Source: a virus. From it: DNA of 64,000 bases. The stretch is from the IMG/VR virus record IMGVR_UViG_3300035698_017111, positions 1-64,000 of that record; one strand, written 5' to 3'. Below, one piece after another: positions 59,438 through 64,000 of this stretch (position 1 is the first letter of the stretch; every line of letters starts with the position of its first letter). The notes under the pieces were generated by a model, which saw only the letters and a program-made list of their open reading frames with translations, did no database searches and was not told where the DNA came from. Position numbers and translations under genes: made by a program.

Positions 59438-60301
59438 ATGAGAGGAAGTCATATGAGTCGAACGTATTGGACAATGAGAAACGAAAAGGCATCTGCAGGA
59501 CAACGGTTGGCTACAGAACTACACACTAGGCAGATTGAATATCTAAAGAAACATCCAGATACAAAAGATGTTACAAAAGAAAATCAAGATGTGATAGATT
59601 ACGTTGGTAATGATACGGATTGTGATACCGTGAGGGCTTCCTCGATCCTAAGTACCACAAATAGGGCAATGGACAGTGCCGTGAAGCATGTTCGAAAAGA
59701 GATAATGAATAGCTTCAAAACAGATACGGCATCAGAAGACCAGTCAGATACCCTTCTTGGACTTGATCAACAAGCTTCAGAAATAAAGTGTGCAGCTGCT
59801 TTCTTTTCTATCCCCACTAAAGAGATTTTCCTAATCCGCAACATTCATCTTAGGAAAGATCCAAGAGATAAGGGTAAAAAGAAATCAAAGAAAAAAACAA
59901 GGCCAGATAGATTTAAACTTGCAGAATGGCTGAATATAAAACACAAATCTGCTATAGCCCACGAGCTGTATCACATGCAAATGGACATGAAGTGTCATGC
60001 AGAAAATCCAATGTTGCACGAAGAGTATGCGTATGGTAACATGGTTGGATGGTGTCAGGCCAATGGTTTGACTGATGATGAAATAGCTGAGTTTATCATT
60101 TTATCATTTGGACGTATGGTTGCCATGTCGAAATATCCTTCACTTCTCGTATTAAAAGACTGGAAGACGTTGGAGAAGAGGTCCATAGAAGAGGCACATA
60201 ATGTAATAGAACAATTTGTAAATCAGAACCAAAGCATACGGGATAATGAAGATGTAAAAGAGGTACAAATCGCAGATAGGCGTTTTGATCTTGAACTATA
60301 G
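59438..60301 (+). CDS. Putative zincin metallopeptidase ending RRFDLEL
   Basis: AAAFF..IAHELYH..EEYAY. Confidence 0.65.
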   Translation: MRGSHMSRTYWTMRNEKASAGQRLATELHTRQIEYLKKHPDTKDVTKENQDVIDYVGNDTDCDTVRASSILSTTNRAMDSAVKHVRKEIMNSFKTDTASEDQSDTLLGLDQQASEIKCAAAFFSIPTKEIFLIRNIHLRKDPRDKGKKKSKKKTRPDRFKLAEWLNIKHKSAIAHELYHMQMDMKCHAENPMLHEEYAYGNMVGWCQANGLTDDEIAEFIILSFGRMVAMSKYPSLLVLKDWKTLEKRSIEEAHNVIEQFVNQNQSIRDNEDVKEVQIADRRFDLEL

Positions 60302-60312
60302 GAGAGAAAACA

Positions 60313-60666
60313 ATGAGTGAGATTCGAAGAGTTAAAGTAACAATTAAGGAGAAGGAAGTCGCTTTATCAGCTTGCAAGCAGGCTGGTCTTACGGTTGAGC
60401 AGAAGACCAAGGGTCGTATCCTTGTGAAAAATCACGGTATTAGAACGTGGGGAAGTACTCAGATCTATCTTGTTCAGAAGGCAAATGGAACTTTTGAGCT
60501 CGAAGGTGATTGTTCCAAGTCTGAGTTAGACAAGCTGGCTGGCAAGCTCAAATCTTTTGCTAGTGTTGAAATCATTACAAGAGAAGCTACAAAACTTGGC
60601 TACACTGTCGGTGCACAGGTTAGGGAAAAAGGCAAAATCAAACTTAAGCTCAGAGCTTATGCATAG
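60313..60666 (+). CDS. DUF1257 (Ycf35)-like protein
   Basis: MSEI..VKV.I.....L.AC...G..NGTFELEGD..EA.KLGY.V....G.IKL.L pattern. Confidence 0.7.
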   Translation: MSEIRRVKVTIKEKEVALSACKQAGLTVEQKTKGRILVKNHGIRTWGSTQIYLVQKANGTFELEGDCSKSELDKLAGKLKSFASVEIITREATKLGYTVGAQVREKGKIKLKLRAYA

Positions 60667-60676
60667 GAGATGAATC

Positions 60677-60889
60677 ATGCGGGAAATCGAAATCGAAATT
60701 GACGAGCTAACTGGCGAAATCGACATGGAAACACTGGGCTTCAAGGGAAAAGAATGCGAAGACGTTCTTGACAAGCTACAAGCAGCTCTTCGTGCCGAAA
60801 AGTTGAAGCAAACCAGTAAACCAGAAAGACAAATGCAGGTTCTCAATGTCCAAGCAAACAAACATAAACAACAAATCAAAAACAGATAA
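60677..60889 (+). CDS. DUF2997-like protein
   Basis: IEIEI...GEI.MET.GFKGKEC..L..L..AL....KPE. Confidence 0.75.
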   Translation: MREIEIEIDELTGEIDMETLGFKGKECEDVLDKLQAALRAEKLKQTSKPERQMQVLNVQANKHKQQIKNR

Positions 60890-60896
60890 GGTTGAG

Positions 60897-61079
60897 ATGG
60901 AGCTAGATATCGTGATTTGTGAAGAGACTGGAGAAGTCCAGCTCAACAGAGATCATGCTGTGCTTATTGATATAGTAAAAGCTCTTAACTCGCCAGACTC
61001 AGAAGATTACGAAGATTTTTTCAAACAAAAAAATCCAGATGTTTGTGGTAAAAGAAACTATCGAACATTCTGTGGATAA
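60897..61079 (+). CDS. Small hypothetical protein ending FCG
   Basis: ATG 60897 in frame, one nt before the helicase start. Confidence 0.5.
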   Translation: MELDIVICEETGEVQLNRDHAVLIDIVKALNSPDSEDYEDFFKQKNPDVCGKRNYRTFCG

Positions 61080-63209
61080 ATGGAGAGTCGAGTGCCTAAA
61101 GTATACCCAACGGAAGTGGTACAACCTCTAGGTGGGCATAACCCAGAGACAGCATGTGTGCAGACAATGCATCTGGAGAAGTATCTAGAGTCAGAATACA
61201 AATACCTAAATCCTCTTCAAAGCGAATTTGTTACACACCTAGAAGATGACGATTGTAACATTGTTATAGCTGCTGAGACATCGAGTGGTAAGACTCTTTG
61301 TGCTGAATACTTTGCTGCTCGTGCAATCTCTCTTGGCAAAACAGTCCTGTACATTGCACCAATGAAAGCTCTTGCTGACGAGAAGTACAATGAATGGTCT
61401 GATCTTTCTCATACTCTTTCGAAACACACAATACAGATTCAGACTGGTGATTTTGAACTAACAGAAAGCAAGAAGAGGAATCTAAATGCTGCAGACATTA
61501 TCATTCTAACTCCAGAGATGTTTAACTCCAAATGCCGACTCTATGACAGCCATGAATGGTTGAAAAATACAGTCTTTATTGGAGATGAGATTCATATTGT
61601 TGGCATGGAAGGTAGAGGAGATTCTCTTGAGGTTGGATTGATTCAGTATTACGAAAATGATCCCACATCCAGAGCATTGTTTCTTAGTGCCACAATTCCT
61701 AATGTTATGGATTTTGGAAATTGGCTAGAGCATCTTACAGATAGAAAAACAATCAATATAACTAGTGGTTATCGCCCATGTAAATTAAATAAAAGAATTG
61801 TTGGTTTTCAAGACAGTGCAATGGGCAGAAAAATGAGTTATTATCAGATTGAATCAGAAAGACTTGATAAGGCTGTTCAACTCATACAGGAACACATGAA
61901 AGATCCAATCCTTCTGTTTGTTGGATCTAAAGATTTTGGCAATAAGCTTTCAAGAAAACTTTCTACTTTAAAAATTGACCATAATTTTCATAATGCAGAT
62001 CTTGAAAGATCTAAAAGAACAGCAATTGAACAGGGATTCAGGAATCTTGACTTCAAGGTTTTGATATCAACAACGACAACTGCATGGGGATGTAACACAC
62101 CAGCCAGATATGTGATCCTGTGTCACACTGCATTTGGATACACTCCAATGCATCCAGCAAATATCCTTCAGGCAATCGGTCGAGCTGGAAGAGCTGGTTA
62201 TGCTGATGAGGGTGATGCTCTGATTCTTGTACCGCAACATAAGGTCGAAGAAGAGAGAAGGAGAATATTTAGTGATTATAGAGTCAATTCAATTTTGAAT
62301 GACATTAACACTCTTATGTTCCACATTCTTTCATATATTGCTCATGGTAAAATAACAAATGCCGATGAGCTATACGATTGGTACAACAAGTCTCTTGCTT
62401 CTGTTCAAAAAAACAGTCTCACTAAAGCTTCATCACAAAGAATCCTAGACAATCTAGCCGCAAGAGGAATGATCAAGGGTGTTGGAGATGGTAAGTATGA
62501 AGCAACTAAGGTTGGAGAGATTACTGCAAGATTCTATATGAGTCCATTAGATGTCTCGGATTGGTTTAAGAACTTCTCTAAGTTGGGGAACATTAACCCA
62601 CAGCCACATGGCTCTGAATATGATAAAAAAGAAGTGAACCTATCGGTAGCTCGTGCTCTTTCAGAATGTTATTCTTGGGGGAAAACGTGGGCTGGTGAAG
62701 AACAAAGATCGAATCCAAAATGTTACGTGTCCAACAGAGAGAAGGCATGCAATAGTGTCAAGACAGTGTCTAAGATGCTCTATCAGGATCCAAAATACGA
62801 TCCACAGGTGAAGTTTACGGCAATCTTCTACAGTCTTCTTTCTGGATGGGATGTTGAATTACCGTTACGTTCTCATTACATGGGGGTCTATAGGGATATT
62901 GAAAGAATCATTCAAACACTTAAGCAAACAGATCAATTATTTGGTAAGTTTCTTAAATCACAGAAAAAATGTGTTGGATATGGTTGGGAAAATGAATGGG
63001 ATAGTTTGGCTCTGAGGTTGAAGTACGGTGTTGAGATAGATCTTCTCGAACTTGTAAAGATTCCAGGGATTGGTAAAACATTTGCAGTAAACCTTCACCA
63101 AGAAGGTATTTCATCACGAAAAGCACTAATGAACCCTTCAAATGAGGTAATTGTGAAGAAAGTCCTTGGTCCAAAAAGATACGAAAAGATACTAGAAGAA
63201 ACAGAATAA
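61080..63209 (+). CDS. Ski2-like SF2 helicase (Hel308/Hjm-type)
   Basis: LNPLQ, AETSSGKT, YIAPMKALA.EK, TPE, DEIH..RG..LE, LSAT, FHNA.L, T.AWG.N.PA, QAIGRAGR; C-terminal LVKIPGIG HhH. Confidence 0.88.
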   Translation: MESRVPKVYPTEVVQPLGGHNPETACVQTMHLEKYLESEYKYLNPLQSEFVTHLEDDDCNIVIAAETSSGKTLCAEYFAARAISLGKTVLYIAPMKALADEKYNEWSDLSHTLSKHTIQIQTGDFELTESKKRNLNAADIIILTPEMFNSKCRLYDSHEWLKNTVFIGDEIHIVGMEGRGDSLEVGLIQYYENDPTSRALFLSATIPNVMDFGNWLEHLTDRKTINITSGYRPCKLNKRIVGFQDSAMGRKMSYYQIESERLDKAVQLIQEHMKDPILLFVGSKDFGNKLSRKLSTLKIDHNFHNADLERSKRTAIEQGFRNLDFKVLISTTTTAWGCNTPARYVILCHTAFGYTPMHPANILQAIGRAGRAGYADEGDALILVPQHKVEEERRRIFSDYRVNSILNDINTLMFHILSYIAHGKITNADELYDWYNKSLASVQKNSLTKASSQRILDNLAARGMIKGVGDGKYEATKVGEITARFYMSPLDVSDWFKNFSKLGNINPQPHGSEYDKKEVNLSVARALSECYSWGKTWAGEEQRSNPKCYVSNREKACNSVKTVSKMLYQDPKYDPQVKFTAIFYSLLSGWDVELPLRSHYMGVYRDIERIIQTLKQTDQLFGKFLKSQKKCVGYGWENEWDSLALRLKYGVEIDLLELVKIPGIGKTFAVNLHQEGISSRKALMNPSNEVIVKKVLGPKRYEKILEETE

Positions 63210-63232
63210 AACCATATACATCTGAAATTATT

Positions 63233-63263
63233 AAAGTTAGCCATCCTTTGGGTGGCTAATTTT
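63233..63263 (+). terminator. Intrinsic terminator
   Basis: AAAGTTAGCCATCC-ttt-GGGTGGCTAATTTT. Confidence 0.75.
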
Positions 63264-63288
63264 GTTGCTGGTATCTTCTCTATATTAG

Positions 63289-63314
63289 AGGGATTCGGAA
63301 TGCCCCTGCGGAAT
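63289..63314 (+). promoter_or_regulatory. Putative SigH-like promoter
   Basis: AGGGATT-N14-GGAAT, after the terminator and 31 nt before ATG 63345. Confidence 0.55.
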
Positions 63315-63344
63315 ATAAAAGAGTAAGTTGAAAAAGGTCTTATT

Positions 63345-64000
63345 ATGGATATGGACGGTAAAGAATACGTGGAATTGGATAAGAACCTGTGTGGTTCTCC
63401 CAGTGGCTCTATGGCTGCTTTTTTTGATATAAAAAAGAGAGATGGTAAGTTGTGGCTACCAAAAAATAAAGAAAAAGACTACAAGGATACCTGTGATGGA
63501 ATAGAAAAAGATCTTAAAGAAAGCACATCGTGTAATTGGTATCGTACTGCTAGTGAATTTGTTGGTTCAGATGCCAATTTTCCCAACAGTGGACACGTTT
63601 ACGATGCGAAAGGTCTTAATCAAGGACAACCATTAAGTCCCACAATGACAAGTCTTAGTTTGCCAGATATGGCTGAAGTCCCAAATAAAGAGAACAAATA
63701 TAGTGATGTTCCTAACTTTTGTCCATCTTGCAAATCGCCAATTGAAGATTTTGAAGTTCAAAAAGGCAGAAGAGATGATGATGGTAATCTTGTCTATAGG
63801 TGCAATAACTGTGGACATACTAATGATCAATATCATAGAACTGTAGAGAGAAGTAAATCAAGATCTCCAAAATCTAGAGTTAGAAAAAGAAGAAAAATAG
63901 CCTCTGTTAAAAGTGTTATTCATGAAGCTGCCACTCCAGCAACTCCTCAGCCTGGTGGTGGTTATGGTAACAATCCAGCAAACACTCCATATGGCCGTGT
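63345..64000 (+). CDS. Hypothetical zinc-ribbon protein, runs off window end
   Basis: MDMDGKEY..NWYRTASE..CPSC..CNNC; open to 64000; absent from the ORF track because it has no stop. Confidence 0.65.
   Translation, partial: MDMDGKEYVELDKNLCGSPSGSMAAFFDIKKRDGKLWLPKNKEKDYKDTCDGIEKDLKESTSCNWYRTASEFVGSDANFPNSGHVYDAKGLNQGQPLSPTMTSLSLPDMAEVPNKENKYSDVPNFCPSCKSPIEDFEVQKGRRDDDGNLVYRCNNCGHTNDQYHRTVERSKSRSPKSRVRKRRKIASVKSVIHEAATPATPQPGGGYGNNPANTPYGR

Noticed and set aside
1-64000. Many short antisense or nested ORFs in the six-frame track
   Set aside because: They lie opposite or inside well-supported genes and show no recognisable motifs.
1-64000. Cellular chromosome interpretation (dnaE, dnaX, dnaN, clpP, dnaJ, tmk, ruvC)
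   Set aside because: Terminase, dNMP kinase, dense homing elements, divergent sequences and non-bacterial gene order point to a large phage.
1-64000. Stop-codon reassignment as the cause of gene fragmentation
   Set aside because: Conserved genes are full length in the standard code and end in TAA, TAG and TGA; two of the three dnaE breaks coincide with intein halves.

Overview
Densely coding, AT-rich 64 kb segment of a large (jumbo/huge-type) dsDNA bacteriophage, read in the standard genetic code. Genes left of ~19.75 kb are on the minus strand and genes right of ~20.05 kb are on the plus strand, diverging from a palindrome- and G-tract-rich gap that may be an origin. The window encodes a near-complete bacterial-style replisome: DnaE, beta clamp, DnaX, delta, DnaB, a DnaC-like loader and a stand-alone primase zinc finger. 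It also encodes class II RNR, Tmk and dNMP kinase, four DNA methyltransferases, RuvC, UvsW-like and Hel308-like helicases, ClpP, a ClpA/C-type ATPase, DnaJ, two sigma-70-family factors, a cytoplasmic PAS histidine kinase with two response regulators, terminase subunits and an IS200/IS605 (TnpA+TnpB) element. Highlights: (1) dnaE is spread over four ORFs, with two split inteins each interrupted by a free-standing endonuclease, plus a third intein-less break with a degenerate duplicated segment, so the mature polymerase is predicted to have two chains. (2) A dispersed Ycf46-like AAA+/DUF1257/DUF2997/DUF3150/HEXXH gene set, in which four proteins share a C-terminal [LI]-E-L tag. (3) A conserved AGG(G/A)ATT-N14-(C/G)G(T/A)AT promoter motif that fits the encoded SigH-like factor. 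(4) A recurring IKVEA motif in proteins near the terminase. All family calls come from motif recognition by eye; no database searches were run.
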